DNA from: an uncultured Verrucomicrobiae bacterium
GTDB taxonomy: Bacteria > Verrucomicrobiota > Verrucomicrobiia > Limisphaerales > Palsa-1400
DNA: 64,000 bases
Assembly (NCBI GenBank): GCA_963702845.1
Contig: OY969763.1
Span: 4,288,001-4,352,000 of the forward strand
Direction of reading: 5' to 3'
A program made the position numbers and the translations under genes. Positions 49,240 through 60,642 of this stretch are shown one piece after another (the first letter of the stretch is position 1; the number at the start of each line of letters is the position of its first letter). The notes beneath the pieces were generated by a model that did not search any database, was not told where the DNA came from, and was given only the letters and a program-made list of their open reading frames with translations.

Positions 49240-49703
49240 ATGATTGGCCATCATTTGAACATTTTGCTCGTGGAAGACGAACCCAATGACGTGTTTCTCA
49301 TCGAACGCGCTTTTCGAAAATGCAATTTTCAACATTGGCTCCACGCAGTCAATGACGGCGAGCAAGCGGTCGCTTACTTTAGGCGGCATCCAAAGAATAC
49401 GCAGACCGCCAGCAGTACCCGATTCCGTGCCTGATGTTGCTTGATCTAAAACTTCCGCGCCGTACGGGTCTTGAGGTGCTCGCATGGTTGCGCAGTCGGC
49501 AAGATGGCCTGAAAAGATTGCCTGTGGTAGTCCTCAGTTCGTCCAAGCAGTCATCGGACGTCAACCGCGCGTATGACTTGGGCGCAAACTCTTACCTCGT
49601 CAAACCGGTCGCATTCGATGGCTTGTTGGAATTGGTAAAAGCTTTCAGCGCCTATTGGACTCGGTTCAACGAAAAACCAGACTTAAGCACAATTGCCGTT
49701 TAA
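49240..49703 (+). CDS. Single-domain response regulator (frameshifted)
   Basis: LLVEDE...LLDLKLP...GANSYLVKP. Confidence 0.85.
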
Positions 49704-49929
49704 ACGACGGGCTGTCAACTGGTCAGGGCGACCGAGGCTGGCATTGCCCTACTCTCTTTAAGCGCTTCATCTCTATTGCTTTACAGCTTTAGGCAAAGCT
49801 CACCCACGTTAATCCAAGCTGGCCCGCACTTTGCTCTTGTAGTCCGCTTCTTAAGTTGTCAATAACTGCGTCCACAGTAGAAAAACCAAAATGTCGTCGC
49901 CTGTACAATTCAGTCGGGATCAGCTTCTT

Positions 49930-51966
49930 ATGAAGCGATCCCCTGTTTTGTTTCGGCGTAACGCCTTGTACGCTATTCTCGCCGTTTGCTGCGCGATGCT
50001 CGCGGCGAATGCGACAGTTCGCGGCGATGAAACAAATAGCGTCGCCACGGCCAAATCCGATCTTTTCGACAAGCCACTGCAAGAGTTGATGCAGTACATC
50101 ACAATCGCAAAACGCACACCCGAACCGCTCGAAAAAACCGCAGCCGCCGTTTCCCTTTTGACCCAGGAGGACATCCGCCGCTCCGGCGCAACCTGCATTC
50201 CCGAGGCTTTACGTCTGGTTCCCGGACTTGATGTGGCGCGCGTCGACGCCCATACCTGGGCCATCAGCTCTCGCGGGTTCAACGACGTTTACGCAAATAA
50301 GCTTCTGGTCATGATCGATGGTCGGACGGTTTACTCGCCTCTGTTTTCCGGCGTGTTCTGGGATGAGGAAGACACGATCATGGAAGAAATCGATCGTATC
50401 GAAGTCGTGCGCGGCCCTGGCGCGACCTTATGGGGAGCCAACGCTGTCAACGGTGTCATCAATGTCGTGACGAAATCGGCGAAAGACAGCCAAGGTCTGT
50501 TTGTTTCCGGGGGCGGCGGCAGTGAGGAACTGGGATTCGGCAGCGTTCGTTACGGATTCAAACTCGACGACGGCATCTTCATGAAAGTCTACACGAAATA
50601 TTTCGATCGCGGCTCCAGCGTGTTTGAGAACGGTAGCGACGCTTTTGACGCATGGAGCATGTATCGCGGTGGATTCCGCATCGATGTCGATAAAACCAAT
50701 AACAACCTCTTCACGTTCCAGGGCGACGCCTATAGCGGCCAGGAAAACGAAGTTTATATGGTGCCGACCGCCATTCCCCCGGGGTTCGTCGGTAGCGCAA
50801 TATCAATCGACAACGTGGCTGGCGTAGATGTGTTGGGCCGTTGGACCCACGATTTCAGCAAGGATTCCCAATTGATTCTCCAGTCTTACTACGACCACAC
50901 GGTTCGCAATAATCCGGTCCTATCTCAGACGCGCGACACAGGCGACGTGGATTTCCAACACGTTTTTAAAGCCGGTGAACGCAATGAATTTACTTGGGGC
51001 ACCGGTTTTCGGACCACCCATCGCGACGTCAAAAACAGCCTGAACGTGTCACTCATTCCTCCAACCGACACGCACAACCTTTACAGTGCATTTCTTCAGG
51101 ACGAAATCACCATCGTGCCTGATCGGTTGAAAACGATCCTGGGCACAAAATTCGAGCACAACGATTTTACCGGATTTGAAGTTCAACCCAGCATCCGCGC
51201 CGTGTTCACGCCGCATACCGATCACACCGTTTGGGCATCCATCTCGCGCGCCGTCCGCACCCCCTCTGAAGCAGAGACTGATATTCGCCTCAACACCCCG
51301 GTAGTCGGCGTGCCTCCGGGTGCCATTACTACCTTCGGCAATCCGGACATGCTTTCGGAGTCATTGATTGCGTATGAAATCGGTTATCGGTTTCAAGCCA
51401 ATCACCGGTTGAGTGTGGATCTCACCGCGTTCTACAACGATTACTCCCGCTTGCGCAGCCTCGAACCGTTACCTCCGATATCGCCGTTTTTTCCGCCGCA
51501 GGTTCATCCCTCAATCGTGGGCAACGCTTTGACGGCAGAAAGTTATGGCGGTGAACATCAGTCACATTGCAAGCTGTTCAGGACCTGCTGACATTCAAAG
51601 GCGGATATAGCTTTCTCAAGGTAAATGCCCATCGTAATAGCAGCGGCGATCAAACTACAGAATTAATGGACGAAGGCTCCAGCCCGCAAAATCAGTTTTC
51701 CCTGCTCTCGTCCTTCGAACTGCCGTTTCACCTCGAATTCGACACCACTATTCGTTATGTCGATCGCCTGACCGACCCAACCGTCGCCAGTTATGCCGAA
51801 TTGGACGCGCGTTTCGCATGGCATGCCAAAACCAATCTCGAATTCGCGGTCGTTGGCCAAAATCTTTTGCACGAACATCATCGGAGAGTTCGCGCCCACA
51901 TTTATCGCAATTCAGAATACCGAAGTAGAACGAGGAGTTTACGGCAAAGTAACATTCCGTTACTGA
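49930..51966 (+). CDS. TonB-dependent receptor (frameshifted near the 3' end)
   Basis: Plug motif IDRIEVVRGPGATLWGANAVNGVIN; GQNLL...R..YGKVTFRY end. Confidence 0.9.
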
Positions 51967-52006
51967 GCCTCGAACCAATTTAAATTGAACAGATTGTTAA
52001 TCAGAC

Positions 52007-52620
52007 TTGAATCCCATTAGGGGGTTCGGGCCCAAAGGCTCGTCAGCGCACACGACGTATCCACGTCGCGGTAGTGCTTTTGTTCGTCGGTGCCTTTCTT
52101 ACAAGCCTTTCACTTCAGGCGCAGGAGGCTGCCGCTGCCAGAGTATGAGATCAAATCCATCTTCCTTTATAATTTCGCCAAATTTATCAAATGGCCTTCT
52201 AGGTCGTTTTGAAACTCCGGCGGCTCCGCTCGTAATAGTGGTATTTATGGCAAAAATCCATTCCACGATTTCGTAAAGGACCTCGAAGAAAATCCGATCG
52301 GAAAACATAAGATCGACATCGAGCAAATATCCTCTGCGTAGCCGCGGCGCGTCATTGCCACGTCCTTTTTATCAGCGAAACTCCCAAACGAGCGTCTAAA
52401 CTTGTCGCCCAATTAAAATATGTGGATGTGTTAACCGTTACGGACGAAATCGAAGATAGCTTTCAATCGGTCGGCGCTGTGATTAATCTGGTTACCGCCG
52501 CAAATAGAACGGTCCATTTCGAGATAAATGTAGACGCCGCGCGACGAGCTGAGCTCAAAATAAATTCGTCATTGCTGAATCTCGCAAAGATCGTTCGCGA
52601 TGGAAAGTTCTTAAATGCGA
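52007..52620 (+). CDS. YfiR (DUF4154) family protein (multiple frameshifts)
   Basis: EYEIK..FLYNFAKFIKWP and FEIN..AA.RA.LKI.S.LL.LA fragments. Confidence 0.7.
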
Positions 52621-55539
52621 CTTTTCGATTTTGGCAGCCGCTCCATCAAGCAGAAGCAGATTCTGATTTTGATGCTGACCAGCTCCATGGCGCTTTTTCT
52701 GGCGTCAGCGGGGTTCGTCGTCTTTGAGTTGCTGTCTGTCCGCCAGGACATGGAACAAAAGCTGTCGACGCTGGCGAATTATATCGGCTCCGGGGCTTCT
52801 TCTGCTTTCGAATTCACCGACCACGAGGCCGCTCAAAAACAACTGATGTCGGTGGTTAACGAAGAGCAGAACCACATCGTGTCGTGCCTGTATCTATACC
52901 AAGGACGGCAGTAATTTTCGCCGTGTTTCCCGACACCGCCCGCAATTCGGTGCCAAAGATCCCAAGCCCGGCAAAGTTTTTCCACGAATTCACTCTACAT
53001 TCGCTGCGAGTTTTCAAAAAGGGTCGAGCCTAACCTGCTGGGTTCTACTCAAGTAGTTCCGATATTCATCGAAGAAAATCTCAACCCGATCTATGAACGG
53101 CTCAGCCTGTCCGGCGGCATCGTTCTCGCCGTGTTCTGTTTCTCGTTCCTCGCCTCATTGCTCCTCGCCTCCCAACTGCAACGCGTTATTTCCAAACCAA
53201 TCCTGCAGTTGCTCGACACCGCTAAAGCAATTACCGAAAAACAGAACTATTCCGCGCGCGCCCAGAAGACCAGCGACGACGAACTCGGCGTGTTGATCGA
53301 TGGCTTCAACGCCATGCTCGACCAAATTCAGGAACGCGATTCGGCACTCCAAAAAATCCAAAACGAATTGGAACGACGCGTCGAGCAACGCACCGAAGCG
53401 CTCAAGCTCGAAGTCGCCGATCGGCGCAAAGCGGAAATGGCCCTGCGCGAGAGCGACGAACGTTTCAAGCTGGTCGCTCGCGCTACAAATGACGCCGTTT
53501 GGGATTGGAATCTCAAGACCGACTCGCTGTGGTGGAATGAAGGCTTTCAGGCCTTGTTCGGATACAAAGGCAGTGAAGTCGAAGCGAGCATCGTTTCCTG
53601 GACATCGCGCCTGCACCCTGAAGACGCCGATCGCGTCCTTGCGCATCGCCGTCAAGTCATCCATTCCGACGATAATTTCTGGTCTGACGAATATCGCTTC
53701 CGTCGCGCCAACGGCACCTACGCTTACATTTTCGATCGTGGCAATGTCATTCGTAACGACGACGGCCAGCCCGTTCGTATGTTGGGCGCGATGGTTGACA
53801 TCACCGCGCGTAAGGAAGCCGAAAAAGTTCAGCAGCAGCAACTCGCCCGTATCAGTTTGCTCAATCAGATCACACGCGCGATTTCCGAACGTCAAGACCT
53901 GCAAAGCGTCATGCAGACTGTGCTCCAACAATTGGAACGGCATTTACCCGTCAGCTTTGGCGCAATTCTCCTCTACGATTCCAAGACCGACCTTCTTACC
54001 AGCGCAGCCGCTCGCGCGAGAGATGCGGTCAGCGGCGCGCTCAAATTCATCGAAACCGGCACGCGTTTCAGCCCGGACCGTTTTGGTCTGCGCCAATGTC
54101 TCAAAGGTCAAACGCTCTATGTCAGCGGCAGTGCCATGCACGCGCCGGTGCTCGAACAACTCGCGCAAGCCGGCCTCCAATCAATCGCCGCCTGTCCGTT
54201 GCTCGTTGAAGGCAACGCGTTTGGGGTGATGGTTTGTGCCCGCACCAACGACGAATTCAGCAGCGGTGAATGCGAGTTTCTCCGCATGTTGAGCGAACAA
54301 GTTGCGCTCGCCGCCAATCAAGCCCAGCTCTATACCCAACTTCAGACCGCCTATAACGAACTGCGCATGACGCAACAAAGCGTCATTGAACAGGAACGAC
54401 TTCGCGCATTGGGCAAGATGGCAAGCGGTATCGCGCATGACATCAACAACGCCCTCTCGCCGGTTGTCGTCTATTCGGAAATGCTCCAACGCGGCGGCCA
54501 CCCGCCCGATGCCGTTCAGCGCTACCTGCACAGCATCCGCACTGCTGGCGAAGACATCGCTCACATCGTTACGCGCATGCGCGAGTTCTATCGCAAACGC
54601 GAAGCCGACGACGTCCTGTTCCCGATCAAACTCAATCACCTGGCTCAGGAAGTCATCGATTTGACGCGTCCGCGCTGGCGCGACATCCCTCAGGAACGCG
54701 GCATTGTCATCGAAGTTGAAACCGACTTCAGCCCCGAGCTTCCGGAACTTCTTGGCAACGCCAGCGAACTGCGCGAAGCCGTCACCAACCTCGTCCTCAA
54801 CGCCGTCGACGCCATGCCGGATGGCGGCAGAATCGCATTGCGCACGAGCGCACGTTGGTGGCAGGACCAGGGCGTCCGTAAAGCGAGCCAGGTCTGGATC
54901 GAAGTTTCCGACACTGGCATCGGCATGGATGAGGAGACGCGCAGCCGATGTCTCGAACCGTTCTTCACGACAAAAGGCACCCGCGGTACGGGTCTCGGAC
55001 TGGCGATGGTCTACGGCGTCGCCGAACGTCACGAAGCGAAAATTGAAATCGAGAGCGGCGTTGGCAAGGGCAGCACGTTACGGCTCGTCTTCCCCGTTCG
55101 CGAAATTACTCACACCACCGCGTTCGTTAAGAAGCCCGAGCCCGAGCAATCCCGTCCACTGCACATCCTTTGCGTCGACGACGAACCGTTGCTGCGGGAG
55201 TTGCTCAAGGAACTTCTCGAACTCGAAGGTCACCAGGTCGAAACCGCCGATGGCGGCGAATCCGGAATCCATAAATTTTCAGAGGCCCAGCAACGTCACC
55301 GCTTCGATGTAGTCATTACCGACCTCGGTATGCCGCGCGTCGATGGTCGACAGGTCGCGCGCAACATCAAACAACAAGCGCCCCAAGTCCCGATCATTCT
55401 GCTCACCGGTTGGGGCAACATGATGAAGGCCGACGGCGAAATTCCCACGCAAGTCGATGCTGTCATCAGCAAGCCCCCGCGCGTAAACGAGCTTCGTGAA
55501 ACCCTGAAACGCATCACGGAAAAACCCAAGCAACCTTAG
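52615..55539 (+). CDS. Hybrid sensor kinase (periplasmic-HAMP-PAS-GAF-HisKA-HATPase-REC), 5' part frameshifted
   Basis: DELG.L..FN.ML, AHDINN, DTG.G, GTGLGL and TDLGMP motifs. Confidence 0.9.
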
Positions 55540-55645
55540 CCCTGCCGCATCTTCAAATCCGTATATAAGGATTTAAGATACGACACCCCCGCAAGGTATT
55601 AGTAGACCGTAACCACCCTCACGTGATACAGGTCTTACACGTTCG

Positions 55646-55804
55646 ATGAAAAACTGCATGAACATTTCAATTTGGCCGACAATGCGAGTCGCGAAAGCGG
55701 CGCACCATAGTCGGAACAATGGCTGTGTGTTCACTTCCGAGCTATCCGTCTCGTATTGGCAAAAGACCGCCACCGTAACGATTAGCCAGGAGGTAAGCAG
55801 GTAA
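55646..55804 (+). CDS. Putative 52-aa leader peptide
   Basis: MKNCMNIS...QEVSR*; the last codons overlap the anti-terminator sequence. Confidence 0.5.
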   Translation: MKNCMNISIWPTMRVAKAAHHSRNNGCVFTSELSVSYWQKTATVTISQEVSR

Positions 55805-55825
55805 AGATCGAAACAGATTTTTGAC

Positions 55826-55857
55826 ACCCTGCTTACCGAAAGTAAGCAGGGTTTTTT
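55826..55857 (+). terminator. Intrinsic terminator / attenuator
   Basis: ACCCTGCTTAC-cgaaa-GTAAGCAGGGT followed by a T-tract. Confidence 0.85.
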
Positions 55858-56337
55858 ATTGCTCTAATCACAGTCGAAAGGAACTAGCGGGTGATTAACA
55901 GTTTAGCTGCGACATGTTAAGCGCAGTCGCCAAACCGGAAATGCAGAGACAGAGCTTTATCGCTCAACCGGTGTGGTCTGCCCACGTCGCGCCGAATCCG
56001 CTGGCAAAAAGATTTTTTAATTACAGTCCAAAGGGCTTTCCAGGAGGTGTGCCCCTAAACACCGAAACAACCGCCGTGAAACCGCGGGTTGGTATCGCAA
56101 GATAGCAAGAGGTGTTTGTTCTTTACTCGAATCCCGGCACTGCTTGCAAGTGGTGACCGGGAACATTTTTCTGGTAAGGCGTTCCGCTTCTTTCATCCAA
56201 TTCCTTTTTTGCGGTCGGACGCCATACCTCTTTCAGCTGTGCTCCACGATGGAACGACTCGACGCGAGCGAGCGCCTCCAGGCACATCAGCAACTTTGCG
56301 ACGCACCAACGCGACGCGACAAAACCAAAGGAGTCCT

Positions 56338-56511
56338 ATGACAACCGTCCGTTTCCTCATGCGCTGGTTCTATGACAAATCCGCGCAAGCAAAACTACGC
56401 ATCCAGCCTGCGCGTGCAGCAGACCCAAAAACTGAGGCTGCGTCCGTTTCGAACTCCGAATCGCCTGTGCCGAAACGGAAGTTTGGAAATCCAATCCGCT
56501 GGCACATATAG
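56338..56511 (+). CDS. Small hypothetical protein
   Basis: aaggag RBS. Confidence 0.45.
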   Translation: MTTVRFLMRWFYDKSAQAKLRIQPARAADPKTEAASVSNSESPVPKRKFGNPIRWHI

Positions 56512-56548
56512 AACGTTTTTTAATTCACCATCAACGAAAGGAAATCAC

Positions 56549-56692
56549 ATGAAACCTGTTCTCCGTTATCAAAGCCAATTGCTCTATCGCCGCAGCTACA
56601 AACCCGTCCGCACCATTCGCATTCGTCCGTTCGGCAAAGTGAGCTTCACGTTCCGCCCATTCAAATTCGCCCCGAAACGGAGGATACCGTGA
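56549..56692 (+). CDS. Small Arg/Lys-rich protein
   Basis: gaaagga RBS. Confidence 0.5.
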   Translation: MKPVLRYQSQLLYRRSYKPVRTIRIRPFGKVSFTFRPFKFAPKRRIP

Positions 56693-56850
56693 ACACGGAG
56701 GAAATCATCGCGAACGAGTCTTCGAAGAAATTCGAAGAGATTCGTGTACCTGAATTAGAAGCGTGCGATGCCTTTTCTCCACTGGAGCCGCCCAAGGGCC
56801 GCTTTGGTGAGTTGCTGAAGGCGATCGAAATCTGGGTTCAGACTAGATGA
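56689..56850 (+). CDS. Small acidic protein
   Basis: ggagg RBS; GTGA overlap with the previous ORF. Confidence 0.45.
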   Translation: MNTEEIIANESSKKFEEIRVPELEACDAFSPLEPPKGRFGELLKAIEIWVQTR

Positions 56851-56906
56851 ATTCTGCGTTCTAAATTCTGAATTCAAAACTCTCAACTACCAACTATCAA
56901 CTGCCC

Positions 56907-58025
56907 ATGACCATACTAACCAAATCAACCGTCCGCCTCTTCGCCACCGGCAAAAGCTGGATCGAAGGCGAAGCCGTTCGCCAACTCAACGCGACCGCCC
57001 AACTCGAAGGCATGACCCTCGCCGTCGGCTTCCCGGATCTGCATCCAGGCAAATACACCGCCAACGGCGCAGCCTTCGTCTCTGAAGGCATCATCTATCC
57101 GCACCTCATCGGCAACGACATCGGCTGCGGCATGGCGCTGTTCGCCACTGACCTGCCCCGTCGCAAAGCAAAACCTGATACATGGTCAAAACTGCAGTTC
57201 CAACTGGAGCACGCGTGGGACGGCGATACCGCTGGCGCGCTCGAAGCGGCCGAGTTGGATTCGACTGAATTCGACAATTCATTTGGAACACTCGGCGGCG
57301 GAAATCACTTCGCCGAAGTTCAAGCCGTCGAAGAAATCTTCGACCTTAAGGAATTCCAGCGGGTCGGCGTGGAGAAGGATGCACTCTTGGTGCTCGTTCA
57401 CAGTGGCTCGCGCGGTCTCGGTGAAGCGACCCTGCGCAGTTACGTGGACGAGCATCACGGGTCGGGAGTGAATCCCGCTTCGTTCGTCGGCACGGAATAC
57501 CTCCGTCAGCACGACTTCGCCGTCCGTTGGGCCAAAGGCAATCGTCAATTGCTCGCGCAACGTTTTGTGCAAACGCTCGGCGCGGATGGCGAATGTGTCT
57601 GGGACAATTGCCATAACAGCATCACGCATTGCGGCGAAGCGTGGATTCATCGCAAAGGCGCAGTCACCAGCGAAGGCGAATTCGTCGTCATTCCCGGTTC
57701 GCGCGGTTCGTTCACCTACGTCGTCAAACCCATCGGCGACGGAGCAAGTCACGCCTGGTCGCTCGCGCACGGCGCTGGCCGCAAATGGACGCGCTCCGCA
57801 TCCCGCGCCCGCATGCGCGAACGCTTCAGTGTCCAGGAGCTGGTGCAAACGCCCTTGGGCGGCCGCGTCATCTGCGAACAACGCGAGTTGCTCTACGAAG
57901 AAGCACCCGCCGCCTACAAAAATATCGAAGTCGTTATCAACGACCTGGTTGAGGCTGGACTGATTTCGGTCATCGCGACATTTCGACCGCTCCTCACCTA
58001 CAAGACTCGCGTCCAACGACGCTAG
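56907..58025 (+). CDS. rtcB: RtcB-family RNA ligase (short RtcB2 / PrfH-coupled type)
   Basis: WIEGEA..QL, PDLHPG, DIGCG, GGNHF, HSGSRG, HRKGA and AHGAGR motifs. Confidence 0.92.
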   Translation: MTILTKSTVRLFATGKSWIEGEAVRQLNATAQLEGMTLAVGFPDLHPGKYTANGAAFVSEGIIYPHLIGNDIGCGMALFATDLPRRKAKPDTWSKLQFQLEHAWDGDTAGALEAAELDSTEFDNSFGTLGGGNHFAEVQAVEEIFDLKEFQRVGVEKDALLVLVHSGSRGLGEATLRSYVDEHHGSGVNPASFVGTEYLRQHDFAVRWAKGNRQLLAQRFVQTLGADGECVWDNCHNSITHCGEAWIHRKGAVTSEGEFVVIPGSRGSFTYVVKPIGDGASHAWSLAHGAGRKWTRSASRARMRERFSVQELVQTPLGGRVICEQRELLYEEAPAAYKNIEVVINDLVEAGLISVIATFRPLLTYKTRVQRR

Positions 58026-58111
58026 CCCCTGCCGCCGACGCGCCGTCGCGTGCGCGTCGGCTCCTTTTTGCGCCCGCACGTTCCTTAAACAAACAAAACA
58101 AACGAAAACAT

Positions 58112-58375
58112 ATGGCAGAAAAATCATTACGTTTACCACAGAATACATTTGGCCGTTTCTACATCGATTCCACGTGCATTGATTGCGACATGTGTCGCGA
58201 TACAGCTCCGGAATTCTTCCAACGCAACAATGACATCGCCATGTCCGTGGTGGTGCGGCAGCCAGAAACGCCTTTCGAAGTCGCGCGCGCCAAAGCTGCA
58301 CTCGAAGATTGCCCATCTGAATCCATCGGCGACGATGGGTTGCCAAAGCCACGGGCCACCACTGTGCCGAGTTAA
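58112..58375 (+). CDS. Ferredoxin (single 4Fe-4S cluster)
   Basis: CIDCDMC...CP. Confidence 0.9.
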   Translation: MAEKSLRLPQNTFGRFYIDSTCIDCDMCRDTAPEFFQRNNDIAMSVVVRQPETPFEVARAKAALEDCPSESIGDDGLPKPRATTVPS

Positions 58376-58486
58376 GCGCGACCAGCGTCGGTTGTGGATT
58401 GATTTCCAGAACCCTCGCCCGTTTATACCGAACCTCACCGAATATTTCCGCATTACAGCACATCCGAAGCAGGCCTAGCGTCCGGT

Positions 58487-58720
58487 ATGGCCGAACGCGA
58501 AACCCCAATTGCGTGGGTAACACTAACCACCTGCCGCACGCTTGCTGACGCCGACCTTCTTGCCACCCAACTGCGCGCCGCGCAGATTCCCGTGTTGATT
58601 CCCGACGAATCACTAATGACCAATATCGGATGGAATGTGAACACGTACGGATATGTTCGCGTGCAGGTGCAATCTCAGGATTACGACGCCGCCCGCGAGT
58701 TCCTACAAGTGGAGGAGTAA
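58487..58720 (+). CDS. DUF2007-like small protein
   Basis: ADLL...L.AA.IP...DE...VRVQV...D...ARE. Confidence 0.75.
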   Translation: MAERETPIAWVTLTTCRTLADADLLATQLRAAQIPVLIPDESLMTNIGWNVNTYGYVRVQVQSQDYDAAREFLQVEE

Positions 58721-58722
58721 AG

Positions 58723-58763
58723 TGGTGCATCCGGAGGGACTTGAACCTGTAACCTTCTGATCC
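58723..58763 (-). other. 3' fragment of a tRNA (Arg-like); att site relic
   Basis: GGATCAGAAGGTTACAGGTTCAAGTCCCTCCGGATGCACCA; no 5' half. Confidence 0.75.
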
Positions 58764-59421
58764 ACTCCCGTTCGATGGTGTTGAATTGTTCGACACTGGT
58801 TCGATGAAATACGTTTCCAAGCTCGACGTTCACGCACTCATCGCCTCCGCCCGCAACGAGCTAAAACTGAACCAGCCGGAAGTCTATAAGGTTTTTCTGC
58901 TCGGATTGTTTGCCGGGATGCGACGCGGCGAGATCGACCTGGCCGAGTGGCGGATGCTGGACTGGAAAAACAATATCATCCGTCTGGAAGAAACCAATTG
59001 GTTGCACCTCAAGACGCAAGACAGCGCAGGCGAGATTGCGATTGATGAACAAGTTCTTCGCGACCTGCGCGAATTTAAGTCCAGTAGCAAATCCCCGTTT
59101 ATCGTCAGCAGCGATCGGCCACCGCGCAACGACTCAGCACGGCCTTATTATCGTTGTGAGCAACTCTTCGACCGTCTGAACCAATGGCTGCGATCGAAAG
59201 GCCTTAGCAGCAACAAGCCTTTACACGAATTGCGAAAAGAAACGGGCGCACTGATTGCCACAGAACACGGAATTTATGCGGCCAGCCGTTTTTTGCGACA
59301 TAGCGACATCACTACGACCGCTCGTCATTACGCCGATCAGAAGAAACGTATCACCGCAGGACTCGGTAAGTTGTTAGACAACACAATCAAAGCAAATACC
59401 CAGACGAGTGCTGCCGCATGA
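58762..59421 (+). pseudogene. N-terminally truncated tyrosine integrase
   Basis: GMRRGE, LKT, HELR, RHS and HY are present; catalytic domain only. Confidence 0.8.
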
Positions 59422-59879
59422 ACAAAAAGTCAAACAGTGGGTGTGAGGTTCAATATGAAACCGCCGAATTGCAAAAGCAGTATCCGGTCATCGCCGGATC
59501 AAAATGGGAGCCGCTGCAAAAAATCAGGAGCATTGGGTATTTTCGTGCGACAGGCTTGACTCTGGAAAGCCCGCCACAGCTGTGGAATTACGTCCTCAGC
59601 CAAAGCGAGCCATTTTCACATGCGAAGGTATACAAAGGCCGGCGAGAGAAACTAGGAAAGCCGACATTCAACTCAACTGTCCGCTCTCTTGCCGATCGTT
59701 ATCGAGACCCGGTTGTGCTTCAAAAACATCTTACGACAATGATCAAACTGCAAAAACGTGGCCCCTTGAAACATAGCGATTACGAATTAGCGTGCGCCGA
59801 GGGCGATTCAACAACTCGAATCATAATTGAAGGTTGGATCCAAGACCCACCTGGACGTTTGCGCGACTTTGCCACTTAG
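59418..59879 (+). CDS. Hypothetical protein
   Basis: ATGA-coupled to the integrase fragment. Confidence 0.55.
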   Translation: MNKKSNSGCEVQYETAELQKQYPVIAGSKWEPLQKIRSIGYFRATGLTLESPPQLWNYVLSQSEPFSHAKVYKGRREKLGKPTFNSTVRSLADRYRDPVVLQKHLTTMIKLQKRGPLKHSDYELACAEGDSTTRIIIEGWIQDPPGRLRDFAT

Positions 59880-60642
59880 GACGAAATTTTTGCGGCATGG
59901 CGAAAAATTCCGCGTGGCAACTTAATGCATGGGAGCCTCTGCTTTTTTTTGGGGAATGCCGAGCATACAGTTTAATGGAACATATCTACGCTACAAATTC
60001 TTGTCAACGACCATTATTTCGCATTACTCCGACGAGAATAAGAGCTAATCGGTATTACCAAAACGAATTTATGCTCCCATAATGCGGGTTTTAAAAGGTA
60101 GTTGAAGGCAACTGACGAACCAAAAGGCCAGCACGGCCATATCACATTGGGGCTCTCCAAACAGGCCCAGAACATCTACGCCGCTACGCTTGAGCCGTGG
60201 GGGATTTGATTCGGGCAGAGTTCATCTTCAAGCGAACCACCTAGCCCCCCGCCGCATGCCGGATTTGCGACCGCAATGCTGACGCCAACTGCATTACAAG
60301 TCTGCTTGTCGCACAACGGGGGAGCTGCCGGCATCTAACCAGCGGCGGTTCGCTGTTTACATCCTCACACGTTCTGTTGTCACGGTATGAAAAAGTGAAT
60401 GGTGCCCTCGTAAACAAAGGGGTGTCACGCTGTCACGGTTCGAAAGTCCCGTCACATTATAAGGATCTCACCAGACAACTACGCCCAGAGTAACACGCGC
60501 GGAGGCCAGGCCAGACCGGTTACGGGGGGACCCTTTTTTCCAAAATTCTTTGAGGCCAGCAGACACCTATACGAGCATTTTCGGGCTCTCTACCCCCCGC
60601 TTCCCCGGGAGGAGGTAGCTTCGCCATTCCTGCCATAAGGTT

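Noticed and set aside
40290..53130. Programmed frameshifting or phase variation
   Set aside because: The indels are numerous, scattered and not at consistent slippery or repeat tracts.
55560..55860. Known metabolite riboswitch
   Set aside because: No TPP, cobalamin, SAM, glycine or cyclic-dinucleotide consensus was recognised; the uORF attenuator model fits better.
57279..58820. 513-aa minus-strand ORF
   Set aside because: Antisense shadow across rtcB, ferredoxin and the DUF2007 gene.
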